Shown: piece by piece, positions 49,966 through 61,188 of the stretch
Layout of the letters: each line of letters begins with the position of its first letter
How positions within the stretch are numbered: position 1 is the stretch's first letter
Source: Neodothiora populina
Taxonomy: Eukaryota
NCBI RefSeq assembly: GCF_041146345.1
Contig: NW_027191419.1
Span: forward strand, 372,001-436,000
Length of the DNA stretch: 64,000 nt
Direction of reading: 5' to 3'
Program-made: the position numbers and the translations under genes
Notes under the pieces: model-generated
The model's input: the letters and a program-made list of their open reading frames with translations, nothing else
Databases searched by the model: none
Told to the model about the DNA's origin: nothing

Positions 49966-51557
49966 ATGCCCGTCGATTACAGCAAATGGGTATGCTCACC
50001 TCCCATTCCACGAGCCTGACTCGTATTCAGCTAATCGCGTCACAACAGGACAATCTCGAACTTTCGGACGATTCAGACATTGAAGTCCATCCCAACGTCG
50101 ACAAGCGCTCCTTCATTCGTGCAAAGCAAAGCCAGATCCACCAGGAACGCCTGAGCAGAAAACACCAGATCGAGACGCTCAAGTATGAGAAGATCATCAA
50201 CGATGGCCTCCTCTCCCGCATCGATGGCCTTCTCGAGTCTTTGGAGTCACACAAAGAGCGAGCCGAGCAAGGCGCCAGTGCCGAGAGCCTCGTCTTCGAA
50301 GCTCTCATGGCAAATCGTGGAAGTCAAGATAAGGATACACCGCCCACACCACCACCCGGCATCCACGCAGGCGTCGAACAGCCCAGCTATACCAAGATGA
50401 TGGCAGCCCTTGTCGATCAGTGCAAGACCGCGGTTGACAAGACCAATCCTACCGATGGACGCTACCAGGCCTTTGTCACCGAAATCACCTCTCACTACAC
50501 CAAGGTCGACGATCTGCAAAAAGAATTGCTGAAGAAGCTTGCCGAGCTCCAAAAGGAAGAGAAGAGTAAGATCACCAGCGAGAGTATACACACCGGCTTC
50601 GACAGCTCCTTCGTGAGCAAGTCTGCCCCGTCCGCGAGCAAATCATCTGAACCCGAGCTCCTGAATCCGAGCAGACCTTCGTTGGCTTCCGCCGAGACTG
50701 GCCAGTCCTCTGGGGCCGACGGTGACATCGAGGAAGGCTCTATAGTCGCCAGAGCTCCAGCGAACGCCGACAGCGACGACGAGGACATGCAGGCCTCGCC
50801 TGTGGCCAAAAAGTTCGCCAAGATCAGGTTTGGTGATTACCGCTCTTCGTTAGAGTTCATCTCCAAGAACCTGGAGGTGCTGGGCGAGAAGAACACCGAC
50901 GGCCTGCTTGTCGAAGCGTTCAGCGCTCAGACCGACCACAAGGACGACTATGCAAGACAATGCGTCCACCAGGCTTTGTTACTACAATATTGCAGACAAC
51001 TGGGTAAAGACGGCGTGCAGCTATTCTTCAAGCGCATCATGACTCCCGGTCATCAGGCACAGAAGCTATTCATGGACGATGTAAACACGACCTACGCACG
51101 CATCAGGTCACGATGCAGAGAACTTGAGGAACAGAGCAAGAGGGACGAGGCCGAGGGAACTGGTGGCGTCGAACAAATTCAGCTTCACGCAGTCGATCCG
51201 AACACGACGATTCATATCCAAGTTCCGCCAGCCGACTCGTCCGATGAAGACACGAAACAAGCCCGCCAGATCTTTGAGACATTTCCAGCTGGCCTACAGC
51301 GCGCACTGGAGAGTGGAAGCCTCGACAGGGTGAATGAAGTCTTGGGCAAAATGAGTCTTGATGAAGCAGAAGAGGTTGTTGGCCTGTTGGGCAACGCCGG
51401 CATGCTGAGTATGGAGGAGGGCGTCATAGATGCCACCACCGATGAGGGCAGGAAGCAAATGGAAGAGATTGAGCGCACAGGGAGATTCCCTGGGCAAGGG
51501 GAAGAGCAAGGGACGGGACACGTCGTCGAGGAGTACGAAGACCCTGGCATGGACTGA
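49966..51557 (+). CDS. CDC37: Hsp90 kinase co-chaperone; intron 49990-50048
   Basis: MPVDYSKW|DNLELSDDSDIEVHPNVDKRSFIR, IHTGFD, VHQALLLQYC, EQIQL. Confidence 0.96.
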
Positions 51558-53078
51558 TGCAGAACATCGATCACGTCGACGAATCAAATATACATGTGAC
51601 GAACTCACCCCCATATTCCCGGGACATGCTCGCGTACGAGAGTTCTCGTCCGATGCAGCCGTTCAGAGTCTGTACTTGTACCCGCGAAGGGTTCTGTACG
51701 CGTGCGCAGTAGCAGTGTCGATCACCACTGGACAAACAACTGCCAAGTCAGTAGTCAGGAGGGCATTTTGTGCACAGATGGGCGGCGAGAAAAGTGTAAT
51801 GCTAGTGACTGAGGAGGAGCGTATCATCGCGCGAATGACGCGACTCTGAGCATTTGGTCGGGCAGGATTTCTGGTGCATGAAGTGGACGAAAAATGTTGT
51901 ACATAAAGTAGGAAAAGGGCAACCGAGCTGTGTAACCCTCCAAAACATAGCAAGGGGCCAAGAAGCACCAGGGATGAATGCAAGGAACTTAGTGAGATTA
52001 TCCCCTTACACTTGTCTAGTTGGAACGACGACAGCTGTTGTGGCACTTTTGGCACGTAAGCTGAGCATCTTAGTTCATGCGGCACATCGGGTGGCTTGGA
52101 ACGGCGCTAGAAAGATTCTTTTGATAATCAAATCAAAAGATCTGATATTGATCATTTCCGACGGCCGGGAGTGCGGTGCATAAGGAAGGTTCTGCGAATA
52201 ATCGTCAGGTCAGGGCGGACCCGGATCTGTGACCAATGAAAGTGCGCTAGTGACGGAGTTGACCTTCCATATGAAGCAAGTTGCCACTAAGAAAATGTAG
52301 GTAGCGAGGCTCAAGACGCGGTTCCGTTGCCGGAGCTGGTCACGATCGGATCGCAAAGTTGCCTTGGCAGGCAATAGTTCGTTCCCAGCAGACCCAGACT
52401 ATCTGACATCAACCCCGGCGGGTTTTCCACAGCGCTGGTCCGGCCGTGTTCGCCTTTCTCGACTGCACCGTTCACAAATGCCGGCGATCTCGAGACTCTG
52501 CTGCCACGGCTTGGGTTCCATTAAAGACGACGGACGACGGCCGCCGAGACTCTCCACATCCCACTCTCTACTGTCTCACTGAATATACTTTGGACTCTCT
52601 CGCTCTCTCTCTTCCCTCTCTTGCCCTCTCTTCTGTTCCATTGCCTCTCCGACATTGAATTCTATTTACACTCTTACAGTCCACTCTCAACCATATCACC
52701 ACTCGCCCCCACTCCTGGACGTTTGTGAATATCCGCCACATCGGTACCAAGTACTTCAACCACAATTATTTGGAAGGTGCATCCCGCATTGCGCACTGCT
52801 TGGTGGAGGAGGACGCCGAGTCGAGATTATCTGATCAAATTTATCAATCGCCCAAAACGTGAGTGGCTTATTCACAACCCCGCCGCTGCGGTATTGTTGC
52901 CGTCATTGCCATCTTGTCACGAATGTCACGAATGCTACATCTGTCACACCATAGCTGTCGACGAGATTCATAAAACGTGTCCCAATGCCGACTGATCGAC
53001 CGACCGGATCGATGCTGCAGCCATCCCACGACGACGATCTGTGACGTTTTTCTGACAATTCTTACAGTGCCCGCTACA

Positions 53079-55232
53079 ATGCATCCAGAATCCGTGCTGG
53101 CCATGAATTCGGCCATACACACAATCCCCCACACGACATGTCCGACAACCCGCACATCACACCCGGACAACCCAATCCCGACTGAGCCGACAGACTTCGA
53201 CCAGAAGATGGCTCTGCACACCAAAAGCTCATTTGCGTCGTCACAATCGCCTCGCTCCTCGAGTGCCTCGCTGGTCTGGTCAGAGGTTCCCTCCGAGTCT
53301 TCGTCCGAGTCAGATGCTGCTTCCATCACCACACCCTCTTGCGAAACCGCCGATGAATTCAACGACTTTACAACGCCCAAGGGGCAAAAGGCCTCTCACT
53401 CTGATGCTGCAGTCGAAGCCAAGAGTTCAGGACCCCGCCGTGGGTCGACGGTGCAGATGAGCTCGAACGTGCAGGACATTCAAAAGTTGTTGGGCGATGG
53501 CGAAACCGGCACCAAGTTCCTTCAGAAGTTCTGCTGCGGCGGAGGCTGTTGCAAGGTCCAGGCCATCCCCCCAGACACCACCCAACCTGGCTTCCGCTCT
53601 GTGCAGCCTCCAGACAACGCCGCCTTCCGTGCCCTCAACCTTAAGATCGACCTCTTAACCCTCGACACCGGTCTCTCCAACATTGTGGATCTGCCCGAGT
53701 CAAACATGTCCATAATCCAACTCGCTGAGCCTGTGGTGGAAGAGCACAAAATCACAAAAGCTCAAATTCACCCACCAGAGTTTGTCCAGCCTCACCCTCC
53801 ACACAGCGTCTTTTCCGCTCCCGTGTTCCACGCTCGTTCACTCACCAAAGAGGGCGCCGAGAAGCGGACTATTCACTTCGACATCGATGTCACCGACTAC
53901 CCTGACGAAGGCGACGTCGATTTCAAGGTTGGTGGTGCTGTTGGTATCTGCCCGCCGAATGACCCGGACATTGTCGACGACATCTTCAATCAATTGGGCC
54001 TTCCAAAGCACGTGCGTGACAAGCCCATCACACTGAAGACCAAGGGCGGCCGCTGGCCAACAATCTGGGGAGAGGATGAGCCAAGAGAACTGCACACGAC
54101 GCGGAGAGAGCTTCTGACTTGGTGTGCCGACATTTCCTCCACCGCTCCAACCAAGCAACTCTTCCGACTACTTGCCGAGTACGCCTCTGAGCCTACTGAG
54201 AAGAAGATTCTCATGTACCTTGCAAGTGCACAGGGTCAGGCAGCGTTCTGCGACCTTCGCACCGGACCCAACCTCACACTCTCTCATCTACTACACGCTT
54301 TCCCATCTTCGAGGCCTCCTCTCGAAGCTTTGTTGACCCAACTCAACCAACTCATGCCCCGCTTCTACTCGCTCTCGAACGATCCACACGTGTCATCCGA
54401 CAGGCAGGGTCTTGCTGGTAGAAGACTGATTGAGGTTGCTGTCACTGTGCACGAAGCTCAGAACTGGGATGGCTCTCATCGTACTGGTATCGGATCCGGC
54501 TATCTTGAGCGTGTTGCCCGTCAGTTCGTCACCGCCGAGAAGAAGGCAAAGGAAAGTGGCAACCAATCGGAGATGCCCGACCTACGCATTCCTATGTTCC
54601 GTGGACTGATGGCAAACCCTCTGTCGAAAAAGTTTGATTCGGATGGCCCGATGATCATGATCGGAGCAGGCGTCGGCATGGCACCATTCCGAGGCTTCAT
54701 TCTCAACCGTCTCCGCAACTCCAAGTGTGCCAACAAGATCTGGCTCATCCAGGGTATTCGTGACTCCATGCTCGACGAGATTTACTCTGGTGAGCTTGGC
54801 GACAACGAGAAGGAGATCAAGAAGGTGGTGCAGTCCCGTGCACGCGCTCCGCCCGTCGACGAGCAAGACGCCGGAGTTGTCAGCATCTCCCCGACCGAAA
54901 GCGAAGGTGGCGGCAAGGTTGTCAGCGCCGACAAGGCTAACCAGGTCGCAAAGTACGTTCAAGATGAGGTTCGCTTCCAGGCAGATATCGTCTGGTTCGT
55001 CAGCAACGCCATCGATGGCCGTATCTTCGTCTGCGGTAGCTCCAGAGGTATGGGAGAGGGTGTTCACAACGCTCTTGTTGATGTAGCAATGGACAAGGGC
55101 GGCATGAACAAAGAAGAGGCCGAAGAGTTCTGGACGCAGAAGGCCGAGAGCGGACAATATGTTGCCGTAAGTTGACTGATACTGTCTTATTTTCTGATCA
55201 AGCCGCTAACACTAGTCAAGGAAACCTGGTAA
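53079..55232 (+). CDS. FAD/NADPH-binding reductase of the CPR/methionine synthase reductase type, lacking a recognisable flavodoxin domain; last intron 55167-55220
   Basis: GGAVGICPPND, FAD motif PRFYSLSN, GIGSGYL, NADPH motif MIGAGVGMAPFRGF, KYVQD, IFVCG, spliced C-terminal ETW. N-terminal CCGGGCC. Probable 5' UTR intron 52859-53067. Confidence 0.85.
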
Positions 55233-55857
55233 ACACCAAGACCGCATTGTTTGTTTGATCATGCATCGGTCGAGGGCAGACCTGTGAGCAGAAATCGCAA
55301 ACCTCGACACGGGCGGCGTATAATGGTGTTCAATGGGCGGCAAAAAGGAACTGCATCTTCGACATTCTCACAATGGGTTGGAAGTACAGTGTTTTCACCT
55401 AACTTTATTTTGGCATTTGGGAGACCTATGATATTTTTTGGGGTTTGAGCATGCATACATGTTTGGCGGCGGCGGCACTCTTTGTTGCTCTTTTTTTGGT
55501 TCAGTGCTTCTCTGATTTTTGATCCGAGAACTGAAAAGCCCTCTGCGTAGGGCTGCTTACCCGACTGAACAGACAGCTAGGGTAAGTTTAAGATCAATGT
55601 GTTGTGGCTCTCTCTGATGATACCTCTGAGCGAATCCTGTTTGTTCACATGGATTTTTTTCGGTCTTTGAAGCGATACAGACGGGGTCTAGTTTAGTGTA
55701 TGTATTGTATATAGCCACTTCGAACACAAAATTAAAACATCTCTCAACTTGGTGACTGTCATCAGCCGAATATGCTGACATCGACATTTCTGATTCTTTC
55801 GCATTTATTGCCCATATCTGTTGAAGTATATAGGTATAGGGACAGTTGGTGAGATAT

Positions 55858-56592
55858 TGATTGATTGCTTATTCCTTCCTAAGGAAGGGGAAAGGTCCTT
55901 GACTATATACACTAGAATTACTCGAGTACCAGCCTCCTCTGTAGATCTGTCCAGAGGCTCTGAATCCTCCAGCCTCCTTATATTTCAGCAATATCCTCTC
56001 ATTTTTCTTTGATTTGGGGTTTCCCTATTCAATGGCATTTTCGGTGAGAGTTCTTTCGGTCAGAGTCAAGGTAGGACACGAGAGATATGCAAGTACAGTG
56101 GAACTCACTTTGCAAACCGATTGACTCGATTGACAGCTGCTCAGACTCTCAATGAACCGGCTAGCCTCTATAGGCTAGTGTGGTCGGGGGCGACTACAGC
56201 TGTCACTTCTCAATTCGACCAGCAATTGTAAGTCCCACGAAACGTCGTTTCACAAATTATTTTGCATTGATAATACCCCTATAGTCTGACTTTAGGCATA
56301 GGGTCTTGTGGGGTTCTATGTGAACATGATTTCCATGATGATCCAATGCAGTTGGCTTTGAGCCGTGTCGCAAGATCCACAGTTTGAAGATGTATTGAGC
56401 TCAAGTCATATGTTTTTCATCTCTATCTATACCGAGCAAGTGGATGGTACCACTTCTGAGAAGGCTGGTACTCGAGGGACTCGAGCCATGCTGTGAAGGG
56501 ATAAGCCAACAAGGGGGTTGGACCTCGAGCAATTAGTGTATGTAATAATCAAGGCCTATTCCCCCTGATTACAAGAATCAAGCAATCGATCA
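55858..56592. repeat. Diverged inverted repeat (possible relic of a non-autonomous DNA element)
   Basis: Reverse complement of 55921-55939 matches 56458-56476 at 18/19. Reverse complement of 55858-55926 aligns with gaps to 56524-56592. Confidence 0.7.
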
Positions 56593-57352
56593 CCGTATGT
56601 TCCTCCATACCATTCCTATTCTCAACAACCACCTGCTACGGGTGAAGTGCAGTGACGCTGAGAGGTGGCGATGAGTCTCTGAGCAGCCGAATTGCATCAA
56701 ACGTGATAGAATCGTAGCACGCTCTGTGGTCATGAATTCATGTTGCATTCATTCAGTATCGCCCGAGCATGGATAGATTTGGATGATGATTCATACACCA
56801 TTATGACCTTTCGAACACTCCCGTCCGCGACTTTGCACTGATGGTATCTGCCCACCGTATGCGCGCTAAAAGGCCTCAAGACTGTCTTAACAAGCAAAGC
56901 GGCAGCGAGCACTATACTAGCTTCCGATCCGATATCCGTGTATAGGTGTTCCTTTAGGTGTCGTAATTGTTGGCTCCCAAGGGTTCCCAGGAGTTTATCG
57001 ATGATCGAGGACGGACGCTGTGAAAGGACACCGCTCCGCCTGGACTTAAGTGCACAGATCATGGTTCGCGAAGATCTCTGACGTGGATGGAGACTTTGCG
57101 CTGGTTGTGCGCAGGAACGATGCGAAACCTGGTCAGATATCAGGTTTAGAAACTTTATCAGGTCATCTGATAACGATCATGGGCCTGCTCTGTCGAGCTT
57201 GGAAAACACTCCTTCGGCGTCAACAGGTAGGATGAGATCGACCGGTGGTACATGAGCAATATGCTGATTCGGCCAACGTATCTTCTTGTACAGCACAACA
57301 AGCGTACAATAAGAGTGACACAGAATGCCGTCTGAAGAAGTGTAAAGTGCGA

Positions 57353-57978
57353 TCATAGGCACTTCCTCGCAGCAGCAGCCACCCGACTTCGGAAGACCGG
57401 GCTTGTCACTGGCCTGTTGACAATGTAGAAGGGGCTCATGATGCACTTCACCCAAGCCTCATAGACCTCGGTCATGAAAGTGCGCACAGCCTCTTCGGTA
57501 ACGGGACTAGTCGGATTACTAGCAATAGAAGTGCTGTGTCTCGAGCTGGCAGTAGTGGGTCGCGCCGAGCTCGGGCTTGGGTAAGATGAATATGTCGTTG
57601 AGTTAGGATCCGGATTCATCAAGAGCATGAACTTGACATTTCCTCCAGTCAGAAAGCAGTGAACGTAGTTGTTTTGGAAGCGATCGACATTCTTGAGGTA
57701 TCTTCGCCAGTTAGATATTGCTGAATGCGAAGTTTGTTTCATTCAAATGAGGCGGTAGACCGCAATCAAATGCAGACAACACAGCAGACTTACAAGCCAT
57801 TATTGCCCCATTGGACCTCTTCGACAATATCAAGACTGCTGTGCACGATGAACTGGTTCATATGACGGGCCTCTTCCCGAAATCGGGATACACCGTCGCC
57901 ACCAGCCTTGGAAGTGCCAAATTCGTGTTCGAAAAGAGGGTTATCCCTGGTGCCGATGATTGTGAAATAGTAAGACAT
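57353..57978 (-). CDS. TRS20: TRAPP complex subunit (sedlin/TRAPPC2); 1 intron
   Basis: MSYYFTIIGTRDNPLFEHEF, NQFIVHSSLDIVEEVQW, YLKNVDRF, FLTGGNVKFMLL, SPFY...SPVFRSRV. Confidence 0.94.
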
Positions 57979-58405
57979 GATCTGACAAGATTGAGTAGTT
58001 TTTGCAAGATCGGTATGAGCTAAGTCGAGTGGGCAAGATGCGATGATATGCGTCTGAGATCTAGAGGATCTAGCGGGGGAATGTGGAAAGGTAAGGTATG
58101 TCAGAATGCAGAGGTGCTTCATGGTGTTGATACTGGAGACGTCTGAAATGTAGTCTTGCCCAAAGCAGATTAGTCTGCATTACACCCCAGATTATGGCCT
58201 TGGCCACCTTTACATGCCTCCGCCAATTGTATGTCCTGCACCCACAGCGCAACTACCTTACCTATCCACTACAGGAACACACCATTTCAAGGTGTCGTGC
58301 CTAAAGCAAGTCTTTGTAACATGAAATATAGACATCTGGCTCGAGCTTGATATAGGCAATCAAGGTTCTGCTTTTGCACATCCGGCTTTCCAGCGTTCAA
58401 GAAAC

Positions 58406-59207
58406 ATGACTCCCGCAGACCCAAGTGACTCGCTTCCTGGTGCGCCCATAACTGTGGACGCCCATTTCGTTGCCTCTTTGGCCGCTCTGCTAGATGGTGG
58501 CGACATCCCACATGTCTTATGGGACAAGTGGCTTCTAAGATCACATGGAGTACCGACTATTGTTGATGTCTGTCCGGTTCCTGCCTAGGTCGCATCTGTG
58601 AGTTGGTTTCCTTGCTGATACGCACCACTACCGTTCGGCGTCGCATTTGTTGTAGTCGACGATGCATTTCAGAAAGCGTACAACATCCTCGACGGAGCTG
58701 GATTTGCATTCACGCCCTGTGAACTTGGCGACACTTGCATGTGTTCCCCTGAAAGACACCGAGTCACACCAGCGCCAGCTGCTCATCTGCATATAAATCT
58801 GCATATCACGAACAACATGATTGTAATGCTGTACAAACAATCCGAAACCTTGTGGCAAATGCCCCCCTCTATCAGTAATGTCCAACCGAAATCCAAACAA
58901 GCCCGATCTTATCCTGGCTTCGGATCCTAACAGGCTCCCCGGTGCCGATCGGCTCGACAGGGGAGGCAGATTTCCCTCAGATCTATATCCGGTGCGCATA
59001 TTGTCATGCTGGCGCTTCGCTGAAGCATGCGTACTCTTTCTTCAACGAGACGACAGATACGACGGCTACTTCATGTCACGTCTGTGCCATCTTGCCGATT
59101 ATGTAAAGGACAAGGTCGTTTTCGATCCGGATGACCTGCAGCCAACCCACAAAGTGGTGTTCGACGCCATGAGATATGGAACTGCGAATCCGTGGCATCT
59201 CTTGTAA
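58406..59207 (+). pseudogene. Probable pseudogene of an uncharacterised fungal protein
   Basis: Three protein-like blocks (IPHVLWDKWLLRSHGVPTIVD; AFVVVDD...PAAHLHI...LYKQSETLW; ILASD...GGRFP.DLYPVRI). The last two are out of frame near a C6 run (58862-58867). The intron after 58567 lacks an AG at the expected place. Confidence 0.5.
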
Positions 59208-59726
59208 TGGTCAAGTTCATCACGGAGAAGCAGAAGCTGTTGCGTTGGTGCAAAGTCTAGTATGGCATTGGGGGCTTAATCTCCTGTGTATCATATGTCA
59301 AGTATTGATGAATTCATTCAGAGAATTGGTCAGTTTCTCGGACTTTTGATGTCTGTACAGTGCGCGAACGCTTGATACAACTTATTCTGATCGGATGGCA
59401 ATCCTCAAGCTGGTTAGAATGAATTATGATCTCCTCCACTGTGCATCTTAGGCCGGTGATTACAGAGACAGCATTCCATAATTAGCACGTTATCGCCGGA
59501 CTGTGTTTATATATACTTGTATGATCAGATAAGAATATACTGTAGTCACATTGAATGGATGCGGCGCGTCGGGGACGCTATACCGCATGGGGAAGTCGAT
59601 CAAGGCGTGAATTTACAGGCCGTCGTCCGTCCTCTTGCGGTACGGCATCGTCCATCTCGTTGCAATTATTATTGAAGGCTTGCATGTCCATCCATTGAAC
59701 ATCAACCTTCCACAATCACAGCCACG

Positions 59727-60588
59727 ATGTTCGGCGCGTTTAAACCCACACAGGCTCTATCCGGCGGTCTCTTATGGTTCGACACAAAAACCCTCGCCGC
59801 TGCCCAGACAGGCGCAGCGGCAGTAGCAAGAAGCCTCAGCTAAACCCTTGCGCAGGAAAATACCATGGCGACTCTCTCCACCGCAAAAGCTGCGCCATCG
59901 CAGACGCATGCGAAGAGTCGACAACGTCGTCAGCGTGCTAGATAGCGCGCTGCAGAGAGCCGCTCAGCAAGTCGCTTCCTCCGCCACCAGACAATCATCA
60001 TCATCATCATCATCATCCTCCTCCACAACCCCAGTCACCGATTCGCTTCCCTCAAAAGTCCCAAACACCCTCGAGGCCCAGAAGGGATCGACGAAAGTGA
60101 CGCCCGAAGAACTTGCCACCACAGCGGAGGGCCAGCGCCTCCTGAACACGGAAGCCAACGCCGAGCTGAACGAGCGACGACACGGCCGGGGACCGAGACA
60201 GGGCGAGATTCTCAGTGGAAGCCTGCCCGCTGGCAGAGTGACGATGCTGGGCGACCACGCCAGGACGAACGGCACGATCAAGTTGCTCGAGAGGTGGAAG
60301 GTCGAGATGCCCACCGAGGCCGAGATGCTCCCGAGGGATAAATACACCATGTTCGATCGCAAGGCGAAACATTACAGGAAGGGCGTGCACAGTAAGAGAA
60401 TATCCTTTCCATATTTGTTCTCAGGACTGCTCGCCGCGCTCGTCTTCTGCTTACTCCCTCCTCCCCGAGCACTGGAATCAGCGCAAACAGTAAACCCAAT
60501 TCACGCGCGCATTTACTAACGCATTACCTTCACAGAGCTCCCCAAATGGACAAGAGTGTCCCAAAGACTCAACCCTCCCGGTTTCTAG
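59727..60588 (+). CDS. MRPL31: Mitochondrial large ribosomal subunit protein mL60; introns 59777-59855 and 60392-60535
   Basis: MFGAFKPTQALSGGLLW|KIPWRLS..QKLRHRRRMRRVDNV...MPTEAEMLPRDKYTMFDRKAKHYRKGVH|KLPKWTRVSQRLNPPGF. Confidence 0.93.
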
Positions 60589-61188
60589 ACACAAGCATCG
60601 TCTCTTTTCATTTCACAAACTCAGATCAAACAAATGCCCTCTTATCAGGTCACAAAAACTGTATTATAAACATTTGCATACAAAGTGGAGTCTTCTTCCT
60701 ATGGGAACTCTTTTTCGGTCAGACTCCAAGAATCAAGAAAGATTCGAAATAAAATTAGCACAATGGTCGTGTCGGGACATGTCGTGTGAATGACCCGCAA
60801 TTCTGAGAGCTGCGCTGGCTGGGATGCTGTGGATGGGACTTGTTTCTTGTATTGTATTGAAAGAAAAGGAATCCACTTCTGGGGTAGGTATGGCTCGTTC
60901 GCGTTTAGACATGAATCACAAGGTCGAGTCTACAAGGTCATGGTGCTCTATCATCTAGGCATGAGCCTCTTACTGTTCATTCCCGTAACTGCCAATTTCG
61001 TCTATAGGATACTCGACAAGCTCGGACGCGCGAGTCGGAGTTGGAACTGACTATCTAATGGGGAGGAAGAGGAAGAGGAAGCAGTACTTGTTGGTTTTCC
61101 GATGATCCAAGATATGAGAAAAGTATAACATATAGTCTGTGCTACAGGAATCACCAACACAATTTCCCAATCTATATAATGCTTCCTT

